Positions 43,001 through 54,100 of a stretch of DNA of 64,000 nucleotides are shown here, one piece after another. Both the position numbers and the translations under genes were made by a program. The notes beneath the pieces are model-generated. The model was not told where the DNA came from and ran no database searches. It saw nothing but the letters and a program-made list of their open reading frames with translations. Source of the DNA: Phoronis australis (taxonomy: Eukaryota > Animalia > Phoronida); contig NMRA01000272.1 in NCBI GenBank assembly GCA_002633005.1, forward strand, positions 437,817 to 501,816. Reading direction: 5' to 3'. Every line of letters begins with the position of its first letter. The stretch's first letter is position 1.

Positions 43001-46000
43001 TGTTGAATTTACTTTTGGGCTTTATACCAATGTGGCACTGACTGGGTAACATGACCATGCCTTGGGGATCATACATGTATTTGGTACGTAGGAAAAGACC
43101 GTTATTCATAAATTGGCCAAATTTCCTTTATTATAAATAGTCACTTGATAAAATCTCAAAACGGTGTCACAGTTTTCTAAATTATCTTTTCTCACAATAA
43201 TCATAAAGATCCCAATTTTCGACGATAGTGAATCACGTAAGCAAGAATTATTTGTCTTCATACAGCACAACTTTATTTTAAAGAAGTTTTAGAAAACAGT
43301 GGATAAACCAATTAAAAGTTTCAACTGAAAACGAATGTCCCTTTCTAAGATATAATGCTTTTACGCTTTTTTAAAACTTGTTAAATTTTATTGGAGCAAC
43401 TCTTACTCTTGCAGTTAGTACACAATTGCTTTTTAAGCGTATAAAATAATGGCTGCACTTGATTCACTTCGCCAATTCAACCAGCTAAGACATCTGACTG
43501 TGCCTCGGTGACGACTTCCGGTTTACAGACCAATCCCATGTCTGAGCCGATTGACTGCGGAATGGGCAAATAAACCATGTGCAATTCGTAGCCGTGACGT
43601 GTTGTTCACTACGGAACGCCAAATTATCCTTTGAGAACGCGTGCATTGCACTCACTTTAGTATGTACACATGGTAAAAAATTCCCAGGTTTCAGTACAGT
43701 GGTGAATGTATCGAATGAGCTTGCAATCGTCATTGTTCAATGTACACGTGCATCCGGAGGTCGGCGATTAAACACGCGCCGATTGTTGTACATCTGAGTG
43801 TGTTCTGTCAGCGACTTCCGCATTTACGCGCGCATTATACAACGACGATTGCAAGCGTTCTCAAAAGAACACGTTGGCGTTGCATATTGTTAATATGGGG
43901 ATATTCATTAAATAAGAAAAAAAAACTGAAATAATATATGAGTATTGCACCCACAAAAAAGGATTAGTAAAAGTTTCAGCACAATTCCCAACCACCGAGA
44001 CTCACTTCACATGTTTCATTCAGCCTGCTTTTGTATTGAGCTAGCACCGGTATCTGTAGGAATATTTTGATCGAGCTTTTCTCAAAATGTTTATGTATAT
44101 CATACGTTGATGATAGCTTGAACACTTCTTTAAGCACACTTTTTACAAAACATTCTTCTCCATGCAAATTTAATATTCACTTAAAAAGAGTACAGATGGC
44201 TTGATGCCTTTTGCGGTACATCAGGCGTGTTTTGGCCGCATTTAGTTTGCAATTCTCTGGTACCAACATTTTAATGATCAACCTTTATTTAAAGTAAGAG
44301 TACTATTTTTCATTTGAGGTCATTTTGAATATCATCAGAACAAATAAGACTGCAAGATTAAAATAGTTTTCATGATAAACCTGTTTTAAAGATGTTTGGA
44401 TTGATGAAATTTATGTTTTCCCCTTTACTTAATGAAAGTCTCTGGGTTTATTTCCTGCTTCTTTCAGATGCAAAAACTGTACAAATATGCGTGACATGAT
44501 TGCGACAGGATGTGTTGGTTAACAACAAACCTGTTTCAACAATGTCATGCAACGCTATTGGTTGTAATAAATCGATTCATATAGAAATACCGGGGAGTCA
44601 AATCACTGTCTAGAATCTACGAAGATATTGAGATATTGAATGTATCTTTGTATTTTCAGGAGATGGAGGATGGACGGAGTGGAGTGATTGGACGAAATGC
44701 TCGAAATTTTGTAACGAGGGTACCAAAGAGAAAACAAGATCTTGTACTAACCCGGTCCCATCTGGCAGTGGAAAAGACTGCATAGGGGAAGCTGAACTAG
44801 TACAAAAATGCAACATACAGCCATGCACAGGTAGGACACGTCACGAGAATGCAAAGTGACTACGGGCTAAACATCAATTGTCTGTGGACTTGTACAGTAG
44901 ATTAAAAAAATCATGCTCCTTGACACTCACGAGACACTTGCGGCTACATTTTATTTTGTTTATGACACGGAAATGATGTGTTTATACACTGCTTTTGTCC
45001 TCCCACAATTCAAAATCCCAGCTTGAGCCAATTTGCTTGTGTACTGAACGTTTAAGTTCTGGGCTTACACGTTAAGCATTATGGTTGTATCTTGGTGTTT
45101 TGGGAAATCTTGCGTGATCTCATTCGAACTCGCAAGAAATTCCAGCTATGGAACACACCCCAGGGTCGGGGTTCAATCTCTGTATTCGAAACTTACTCGA
45201 AACCAGACTGAACTAGCATTTGATTCTAGTGTACATGTAGGTGTCTGACATCTGGTTCTTGATTGGTCAATCAAGGTTGACGTTTGCCGAGTGGGGCACG
45301 TAATCACGCCACTATTTTTTCCTCGTAGATTTGAACTTTTAACGGTTCTGACGCGATCATACTCTGCGCTTCCAATGATATTGAACTTTTTCGGCCCTGA
45401 GATGACGTCTATGATTATACTGATAAGTTGACCCCACAATTAACTGTTTATTACGGAGAATATGATATACTATACTTGGAGTTACGCCCAAAAAACGCCT
45501 AGAAACGCAGTTATACTTGAGCGCACTTGCCAAGAACTGATCTCATTTGCTACAAAAACATAATTGTAAAAGTAAGCATGATTTTGAATTAGTAGATATG
45601 CAAAAATGGTAAGGAGTGATCATGATAAACATGGAGGTAACGTGCGGATTAAAAATTATGTCGGGGCCGCTAATTTTAGTTAAATTACTCTTACACGGTT
45701 GTTATGGTACAACTTGTTCTTTAAACGAATTCATACCATCTTCTTGATTCTATAATATACATGTAGTTGGACATATATCAGCAAAATATTTGTACACGTG
45801 TGTATTTATAATTTAGAAACGGTTCTGACGTCAAAAAGCCAAGCCCAAAAGAGCAAAGATGGCTCCGACGGTGAGCTAACCCTGAGCAGAGAGGCTATCA
45901 TTGGTCTCTCCGTTGGCCTTGCAGGGTTCTTGTTGCTGATCATCGTCCTCTTGGTCGTGTGTGTTGCTCGAAGGTACGTTCTACACGACTACTGCATTTC

Positions 46001-47674
46001 AGGAAAGCGTATGTTAAGTGTCCAGTCTTGTCATAAGCTTCCGTTTCTGTGCAATTGAAAACTTCATAAACCATGCGTGGGTTCCGCGTACGCGAGAACC
46101 TCGACAACGCAAGTCACACAGACTTTGCAAGTGATCACACTATCTTCCTTCGTGAGATTGTTGCGTCCGCGGAACTCAGCTCTGGGACCTGTTTCATGAA
46201 AAGTGACTTAAGACTAAAGACAGAAATTTGGTCTTACGCTCCACCTTCACAATTGACAAATAAAGGTTTAGTTAAATAATTATTAGCACATGACTGCCTG
46301 GAAATAACGTGTACAAATTTTCTCAGTAAGTAGCAGTTTTGGGTACATTCTCAGATACTTTGTTCTTTTGCTGAAGTGAGTTTTAATAATTTTTCAGAAA
46401 TATTTAAAGGGTGTGTAAGACCAAAATTCTGTCTTAAGTATTAAGTCACTTATCATGAAGCAGACCATTGGACTGCTTTCCGTAACGCAGTCACTGGCGA
46501 GACAATTGCATCCAAAAATCTTTTATGGAGCGGAAACCGTGAATTTTATGCCATAATTCATCTTCGCAGCCTTGTCGACCAATTACTTCATATCGCTCGT
46601 CTTGGCCTGCCAGCATTCAGAACTCCTCAGGTAAATTCGTAGCCTCAGATTTCCCCTCGGAGATGAACGCTATCTGCGCATGTGTGAACTTCAGTCACCC
46701 AACTAACCATTCTCCAGTTTGAAAGTCACATGACTGAAATGTGCACGACGCAGAAAACGTTCACCTCCGATGTAAAGTTGAGGCTATGAAAATATACCCG
46801 AGTTGTTCGGGATGGCATAGAGCTTAGGCCTAATCGCGACACGCTCGACTCCTTTCCTTCGCATAATCATGAGTGATCTTGCCCGATCTCGACAAAATGG
46901 GAAAGCGGCGGTATCAGTCGTAGGTGGTCTTCGATCTGTTAGTTTGATGGCAGAACCAAATTTGCTACCACGAGAAGGGAAATTTTGTGACCCAATTTCT
47001 TAGGGTTATGATGTTTAAAAGTGCTCGTTTGAGTGACCAAGTTAGCTTATATGTTGAAACAGAAATCTGCCATAGGATAGTCCCTGAAGGTGGACAACAT
47101 GTGCATTTGGATAAATCTTAGAATATGTACATGTTTCAAATCCTACTTCGCGCATCCTGTCTGTCGATGAAGCAGAGACATAGCTTTCATTCACGTGAAA
47201 TTTCCTTTGAACTACATGTGCATGTATGTGTAGCCAACTGTGAGTGGCTAATGTTCACACGTCAGGCTTCCGGTCTCCGTACTGTTTACTCGACAGTAAG
47301 TGAACATTTCTGCATTTTTTGTTTATAGGACACGCAGGCAAAAGGAAGAATATACCGACGACTTTTCCGTCGCGTACATTAACAATATCTATGAGGAGAT
47401 ACCAGGAGAAAACGGGCCTCAGACAGCTACCGTTGTTAACCCGAATTATGCTTCAGCCTCTGGAGGAGCCGAAGAACTTCCTCGGAAAATTAGTTTGGAT
47501 GACACAACATATCTTAAACATTCATCTGTTGAACATCTACCGACGAAGAACGGCGATGAGGAATGCTACCTGGAACCGAAAAAAGCCGAAAACCACTATG
47601 TTTCACCTCAAGATTTAGTTACAACAGAGAAACCGGGTGACGGGGACAATACAGGCACTGTCGAGTCTGGGTAA
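28008..47674 (+). CDS. Type I membrane protein: signal peptide + PLAT/LH2 + 9 TSP1 repeats + TM + tyrosine-motif cytoplasmic tail (817 aa; paralogue A)
   Basis: join(28008..28065,28545..28704,30765..30876,33385..33487,34085..34255,34690..34860,35465..35635,36808..36978,37486..37635,39957..40127,40735..40905,42733..42903,44660..44830,45817..45973,47329..47674), 2454 nt, open frame, all GT-AG. Signal peptide [27 protein letters not shown] motifs [63 protein letters not shown] motifs of the form VxGxWSxWxxWxxCSxTCGGGxQxRxRxCxNPxPxxGGxxCxG. TM segment [25 protein letters not shown] followed by RRTRR. Confidence 0.9.
29200..29300. repeat. Degenerate (ATA/ATG)n microsatellite
   Basis: aatgatagttatgataatgatagtgatgacaataataataatagtt...aatagtaataataacaat. 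Confidence 0.7.
29403..30235. mobile_element. Non-autonomous TIR DNA transposon, TA TSD, copy 2 (intron of paralogue A)
   Basis: ta|taccgtcagaggttctaaagtcgtga ... tcacgactttaggtcaccggtg|ta. Same family and orientation as 14108-14919. Confidence 0.8.
31835..32240. repeat. Inverted repeat pair (about 50 bp arms), MITE-like
   Basis: gcgtgaacttggaatcctgcttaacctcgagatcgcgtatg vs catacgcgatcttgagattaagcaagattccaagttcacgc. Confidence 0.6.
32810..33255. repeat. Interspersed repeat with inverted arms; related copy at about 50050-50250
   Basis: catgaaacagtcccaaatagg pairs with cctatttgggactgtttcatg. The block cttag(c/t)ccttaaatt...gcatgaaaagatccat recurs at 33025 and 50051. Confidence 0.55.
36509..36556 (-). 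ncRNA. Minimal hammerhead-ribozyme-like motif (probably decayed, PLE-type)
   Basis: Minus strand reads cagtaa CTGACGA a AGCCGA ttgtag TCGGCT GAAAC GTTC gaact. Both catalytic boxes, a perfect 6-bp stem II and a palindromic AACGTT stem III region are present. Stem I pairs poorly. Confidence 0.35.
37922..39591 (+). mobile_element. Kolobok-like non-autonomous DNA transposon with disrupted THAP domain, copy 1
   Basis: TTAA on both sides. TIRs AGGCTAATGCCACCC and GGGTGGCATGCTCCT. The THAP start ([11 protein letters not shown]) is interrupted by a stop. Homologous to 53126-54569 in inverted orientation. Confidence 0.8.
41128..41365. repeat. Interspersed repeat (GGACCYGTTCCAAGA start, cttaag-rich); second copy about 51904-52118
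   Basis: Shared blocks such as tgagacaaatcttagacttaag and ttaa(t/a)ttgtgacta. Confidence 0.6.
46184..46468. mobile_element. MITE with about 50-bp TIRs (PIF/Harbinger-like ends)
   Basis: gggacctgtttcatgaaaagtgacttaagactaaagacagaaatttggtcttac vs gtaagaccaaaattctgtcttaagtattaagtcacttatcatgaagcagacc. Confidence 0.65.
46627..46802. repeat. Long imperfect hairpin (palindromic MITE)
   Basis: ctcaggtaaattcgtagcctca...cggagatgaacg...ttcagtca / tgactgaa...cgttcacctccg...tgaggctatgaaaatatacccgag. Confidence 0.6.
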
Positions 47675-49477
47675 CAAACTTTCCCGAGGAAACTGCAACT
47701 TTACCGACGTTCATCGACGCATATTATCGCTGCCATGTTTGTTGCCATCGTGTTGTACTATTCCTGATTATAACTATTAAGAAACGCTACACATTTGTGA
47801 CTTTGTTAACGATGTAACAATATTGAATCAAAGGCGAGATGAGGACACCAGTGGATTACCATTCTGCGCCTTCTGTGGGCCCCTGCTGGCCATTTCCACT
47901 CAGAAACCAGCGTTACCCGCGGCTGCTGGCTTTCACGATGATAACGTATCGCCGGTCACTTTTGACGTAATGGCGTAAGAAGCAAGAGATTAGAAGTGTT
48001 ATTTCCGCATTATGTGGTAACTTCTTTCATAACCCGATGTTTTCTGTACTCGTTAGCACCCGTTGCTGCAGTTTGGTTTATTTGGCCCTTACAAGTAGCA
48101 CGGGCAACGTTTTGATTCGCAAAATTTAAGCACACTTGTGTTCCAAGGGATAATTACTTCCTTCGGTGCGTCTTTAAATAGTTATCTAAAGATAGGTTAT
48201 AGAGGTTACGTGATCCCAGGGCGAGCCGAACGCAACACGTTGACCTATTGGTTGACGCATCTATCCTGTGCAATAATCAATGCTGATGCTACAATAAGCT
48301 TTAGACCATTTGGCTGTCCTGTCGCCTTCCACACAACTGAATGCATGTACCAAAGTTGATATCACGACTGCTTTCTAATGTAGGCTAGCATATAGGTGCA
48401 TTATAAAAGGCCGTGTTCAAAAACACTGAAACACTGGACTGCTGACAGTGTTTGCAAATACTTATTTGATGCAGACCAGGTTTATAATTTGTGTACATTG
48501 TATTTTGGGAAGATCTATTCAATAAGACGCCCACTTTAAACAGACTGGGTAGAATTCCGTAGTTTGTCGTTGTAGGTTTTATTGGAAATCAGTCGCAACC
48601 CAGGCTGCAGAACTCAAATATCAGTCGGGACAATATTTCGCTCCATCACTATCTTTCGCTATATTTACCTCAATCTTATAGTTGAGAATGCAGAGGTGGC
48701 GCGTAATCACAAATTATATTTTTTTCAACTAGGTGCTGGCACCTGAGTTGAGTAGGTGGTACGTAAATAGGCAATATGTTGTACTCACTGTAGCCTTGTA
48801 GAGTGGTCCATGAAAAATAATTCACAGAACTTTACTCAGTCTGCTAACACAGTTATTTTCAAAAGCTCATGGGTATCACTCCAAGTTGTATCTTTGTATT
48901 TATTTCCCAAAATTCCAATTCTAAGCTTGCGTAAGGGGATTTTAGGAGGAACTATTAAGAGATTCGTTGGTTCATGTCTAATTTATATCTTTAACGTGCT
49001 TAATATGCTACTGGATATTTTTACCTGTCTGATATTGCTCCGTGAAAACTGAAGTAGGTGTCTGAGTAACTGCTGTAGTAAATTGCAGCTTTCGGAAATT
49101 TGTATTTATTTGCTGTTTTCTCGCTGATTTTCACAAGATGAAATTAGTATGCTTGGTACATGTATTTGTTAGAACTAGTGCAGTCGGTTCAGCTACCTCG
49201 TCCATACAATATTTACCAATTCCAGTAGGCCTACATATTATATCCCAGTGCATCACCTATGTTAAATGTGTAGTGTATTATAATTATGTTACTATAGTGT
49301 TACCCACATGTTACGTCTTAGATTTAGAAGTCTTCTGCGACTTTTCGTCTTTCTAACAAACTTCATTCAAAGCATGAGATGGCGCGTTCTTGTGAAGTTT
49401 AACTGCTAGCAAGACGAAACTTTCAAGATATTCATGTTAAAAGCTTGGTTGTGATAAAAATGGAGAGTGCTGATTCA

Positions 49478-49483
49478 AATAAA
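49478..49483 (+). terminator. Candidate polyadenylation signal of paralogue A (3' UTR about 1.8 kb)
   Basis: AATAAA followed by AT-rich sequence downstream of the stop at 47674. Not verified by transcripts. Confidence 0.35.
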
Positions 49484-51198
49484 TGTTTAATTATAAATGT
49501 AAAGTTATCTTAGTCATTAGTCATTAGCTTGAAATAATATATAATATAATGAAAGCTATCTTGAAATGGCCACATCACTCGCATGTCTTCGCTGGAGTTC
49601 CTCCGAGACAACGACCAATAGTCTACAAACCGGGCTCTGGTTATTCGGGTCACAATACAACACAATCACTGATGTGCTCAGACACTTGGTTAAATTCAAC
49701 TACATGGGTAGTATAACTGTAAATGTTGTCAGATTTACTCTTTGGGTACCGGGGATATTTTATGGAGTGTGACCCAGTTGTTTAAGGAGTACCTAAACGA
49801 CTCTTGCGACGGTTACATTTACTGCACCTCTCAAATGTTCCCTGGTGGAGGATCCAGTGCCCAGTTGCACGAAACAGTTCAGTATACGGTCTCAACTACG
49901 TTCCCTAAATCGTCTACGTATTTGTATCGCTCTTTACTCACAAATGTTATACTTTTCTATCATTATATATTTAACCCTGCAAGGCTCATATTTGACCAAT
50001 GACATTTTTTATCTATATATCTAAAATTGAGCTGTGAAAGCAAATAGGGACTTAGTCCTTAAATTAGGGAAGTCGCATGAAAAGATCCATACTTACTATC
50101 GATTTGAGAATTCAACTTCGGTCTACATCAAAGCAAAACGCTCACTTAGTAATGAAAATAAAACTGCACAAGAAAGGGTAATCAGTGTTTTCATAATTGC
50201 AGTAAAAGGAACACAGTTGAGTGCCTATTTTGGACTGTTTCAGGGAGCCCGGAACAGTTGACCATTTTCAAATTACAATGATATAACACGAGCCGCGGTA
50301 TTAATAACATTTTTATCACAAACAAACTACGTATAGATTTATTCAAAAATTTCAAGAGTCCCTTGACAGACGTCACAAAGTACATGCAGTATTCAGTTTG
50401 AAAATTTAAGCATTTATTATAGCGCCTAGCAGCCTGTTTGGTCTAAGTGCTATTAGCCAATCCATCTCTTGCTTAATTTCCAAGCGCTTGTGACCCTATG
50501 ATAAACATAGTATGTAATGAAGCCAGGTCGTAGCTAAGACCCTCGATCGTACCCTCACGATTGGGAACGCAGCGGGTTTATTAGCGCGAAACATCGCAAC
50601 TGACGTAACTATGACCGCAGCAAATGTTCATTTTAACCTCGTCACTGAACGGACTGTCGGTAGAAAATTTACAACTGCTTTAGCTAAGACTAAGCTTACA
50701 TCTTGTCATAAAACGGGATCCTGTGCTTCAATACCGGAAGGACCCCAATATTGCCGAGGCAAGTTTTTAATTAGTGATTTTCAAATATTCTGGGCACATA
50801 ATCCCACTAGATTTTCTAGTAAGTTGCTTTACGTAACGTAATCCAGATATTACATCGACAAGTACGACTGACAATGAGAATGATAGCTTTCATCTGTTTT
50901 AGGGTTTGATAACATACATGTACCACAAGTTATTTGTAACACCGTACACAGCTAATAAAACTAAATATGCAACAGAAAATCTCAAAAACTTTATCTTCCA
51001 ATAGTGAAATTGAATTGTGTACAAAAAGCAACACTCCATCCTATTTAAAAACCGCTGAAACGTAAAATTGCAAATAAAAATAATTTATGTGTATTTTAAC
51101 TGTATTATAACGAAATCCACCAAGTACTTTATAAATACTATATCGCCAGTCAAGCTCCAGTTCGGCAGTTACTGTGAAATTAGATCTCATTTGTCGGT

Positions 51199-54100
51199 AT
51201 GGCGTCAACGTGGAGGATGTGTGAAAGTCGGAGTTCATTGTTAAGGAACATCAGCATCACTTTTTACACACTTCTTATAATTATCGGAGGTATGTTAGAT
51301 AAATGTTTTATAATACTTGGTCATAAATACCACGACTTTCCTTTGTCCATTTCAAGTTAAAACCAACAACTTGGGCTATGAACAATTCTTTTGAGTTGCA
51401 TTTGTTTTGAATATCTGCCCTTCAAAAAGTGGAGTTTTTACACGACGGTGAAAATTCGATAACTATGAGTAGCGCCCACGCTATCATGCTCAGAACACAA
51501 CATTCTCTCAAATCGAAGCGTGAAAATTTTTAATTGACTTTTCTCATATTCATAAGCTTTTACTTTGTTAATAAATGTAGCTGTTGATCAATCCAGGGAA
51601 GGTCATTGCAATCGAATTAAATCTGGTCTACTTCGTTTAATAATGTTAATGTCACACCGCCTATTTGCGAAGTTATGGACGCGAAATGGCTTCTGTGTTC
51701 AAGTTGAAGCCAAGCACTCTATATGGGTGATGAGACAATTCCGTGTGAGTTATCGCCCCTGTTAGAACGACTGTCACAAACAAATGGTCATACGCTCGAA
51801 TTAGCCTTGTTGCAGTAACTGCGAGTCGCAAAGGCATTTCCCAACTTTCAACCGATTGGGATGCCCGGTTGATTTTTCGTTATCTTAACCAATTAGAAGG
51901 CAAGGACCCGTTCCAAGACAAATCTTAAACCTAAGCCAATTTTAAAATAAAAATCCGTTGTAAGAAAAGTATCTTAAGTTTGATTAAGATTTTTACTTCA
52001 AATTTATCTTAAATTTGACTACCTTACAGGCTGTGTAGGTTTCAAAGTTTGTACATTGAGACAAATCTTAGACTTAAGTAAAAAAATGAACTTAAGTTGA
52101 TTTTTGGATCAACCTCCAGATGCATCATTCTTTGACAGTCTTACTCGTCTTTACTGTGGGAATGATTCCTCAGTCTGCACTATAGCTGAAAACGGGAACG
52201 CCAGAGCAAACTCACTTAACAATGCACTCGGGAAGTTTACACAACTTTTCTGAATGTTTAATGCTTTTTAAAGCGGCATTAGACTCATGCTTTCCGTCAA
52301 AAAGTTTTGATTTAGATCACTTGACGTGTTAAGACTGGTCTTGTCTTATTTCATACTAAGTTTAGACCTGATTGCTGGCCTGGGGGGAAAACTGGCAGTT
52401 TGATATTACTTCAGGCCAAGCTCGTAAAATTTAAGGTCACGGCGTGACGTGAACTTTTATGAGCTTGGGTGGAAGAAATAATTTACATTCAGTTGATTCA
52501 AAGCTTCGAAATCACCTCCAATTTCATAACGATGAGTGGTTTTTGTGATGGAAGGTGGGTTAGTAGACGCTTTAACATGCACGTTCAATTTTACGTCTTA
52601 TATTTAGTAAAGACTATTTGATTAGGATAAATCCTATGCTGGCAACAACTACGGACGAATTGTACATATTTGTCAGTGGTATCTATTGGAAACCTGCTGT
52701 CAAACGCTATTATGATAACACGAACTACCGTGTTTGTACCATGCTATTTTAACCCACTGGCGCACATGTGCCAAATGGTTCATTGTTAAATATTTTACGA
52801 GCTCATTATTCAAACATTTTTTCTATGTTCCCACATGCCCTAAAATGAAAAGCTGTACCTTGGCAATTAATTTTAAGCTGTTTCAAAATGCCAGCTTTTC
52901 AAATAAACATAACACGCAGATCCCACTTATCCCTTCCCCATAAAAAGCAGATTAAAAGAGGGTTTTGTTTTATGTATTATTTTTTAGTTGTAAAGTATCA
53001 GCGAACTTATTACATTCTTAGTGCACTGTAAATTGAATCTTGGCAGTTGTCAGAAGTTGACTGTGGGTTTGTTTAAAAAGTCGCTATGCTTTGAGATTGT
53101 GCTTGGATGGAGAGAGAATTATTTAAGTAAAATGTCAACCAAAAACAACCTATTTTGTATCAATTTATATCTAGTAGTTTCAATCGATAACAGCAAGTAC
53201 TGTTCTTTTACTGACACCTGACGGCAGACGGAAATGTTGAAATAAACCAATGACGTCACAGGTTCGAACGCAGTCTGTTCAGCAGGTCACAACACGCTTA
53301 CTGGTGTCAGCTTATCGCTTGAATTCATCGTTTTACACCAATAAATCATCAAACTTCCACGCAAAACCCTTACAAACACATCGAGTTCTTGAACAAACGT
53401 GTTGTTTTATTTCGCTCTTACGGATGAATTGAACGCACAGTAGCTGGCCTACAGTTCGGTAGGCCAAGGTCGGTCTCGGGAGTTTGAGGTCTGTTCGGTC
53501 ACAAACTCAAATTATTTTTCCGTGAAATACAGACAGGGGAACATAGCTGTGTATTTTAATTTTAGTTCTAAACACACAAAACGCTTGTTATCCGGACCAG
53601 TGACTCCGTAGGAACCCGATCGGGCCCGTCATGTCCAGACTCTTGAAGACATCACGAGCATAAACCAGCCAACGTCGTAAACTTAACTTCCAGTCATGAA
53701 AAGACTTTACAAGTAAGCCAAAGAAATAATGTGGACGTGATCACGTTAGTGAATTAGCCTCGAAACTGCAAATCTACTTACTCGTCGGGGGCCGCGAAGT
53801 CAGGTTCCCTTTCCAGGGCAAAAGTTGTAGAGTAACAATGATTCGAATAATGAACATGTATATCTAAACAAAGATTCTCCTAACAACTGACCATAGCATA
53901 TATAGCCGAGTTATTGTTAACAGCTTTCTGTCAGCAAACACCAATTTATTGACTGCTGTCTTCTGAAAGCAATTGCTCTCACAAACACTTCTAAGGCATT
54001 ACAAATAGTATCTAATGAGACAGAATCTTTGTTCAGTTTTATATAAGCATTGGTTAGGGTGAGAATAATTCATTTTGAAACAGAACACACAATGTCAACA

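Noticed and set aside
34085-44830. Calling paralogue A hemicentin, SCO-spondin, semaphorin-5, UNC5 or an adhesion GPCR
   Set aside because: No Ig, vWD, Sema, ZU5/death, GAIN or 7TM exons were found. Similarity to those proteins would come only from the TSRs.
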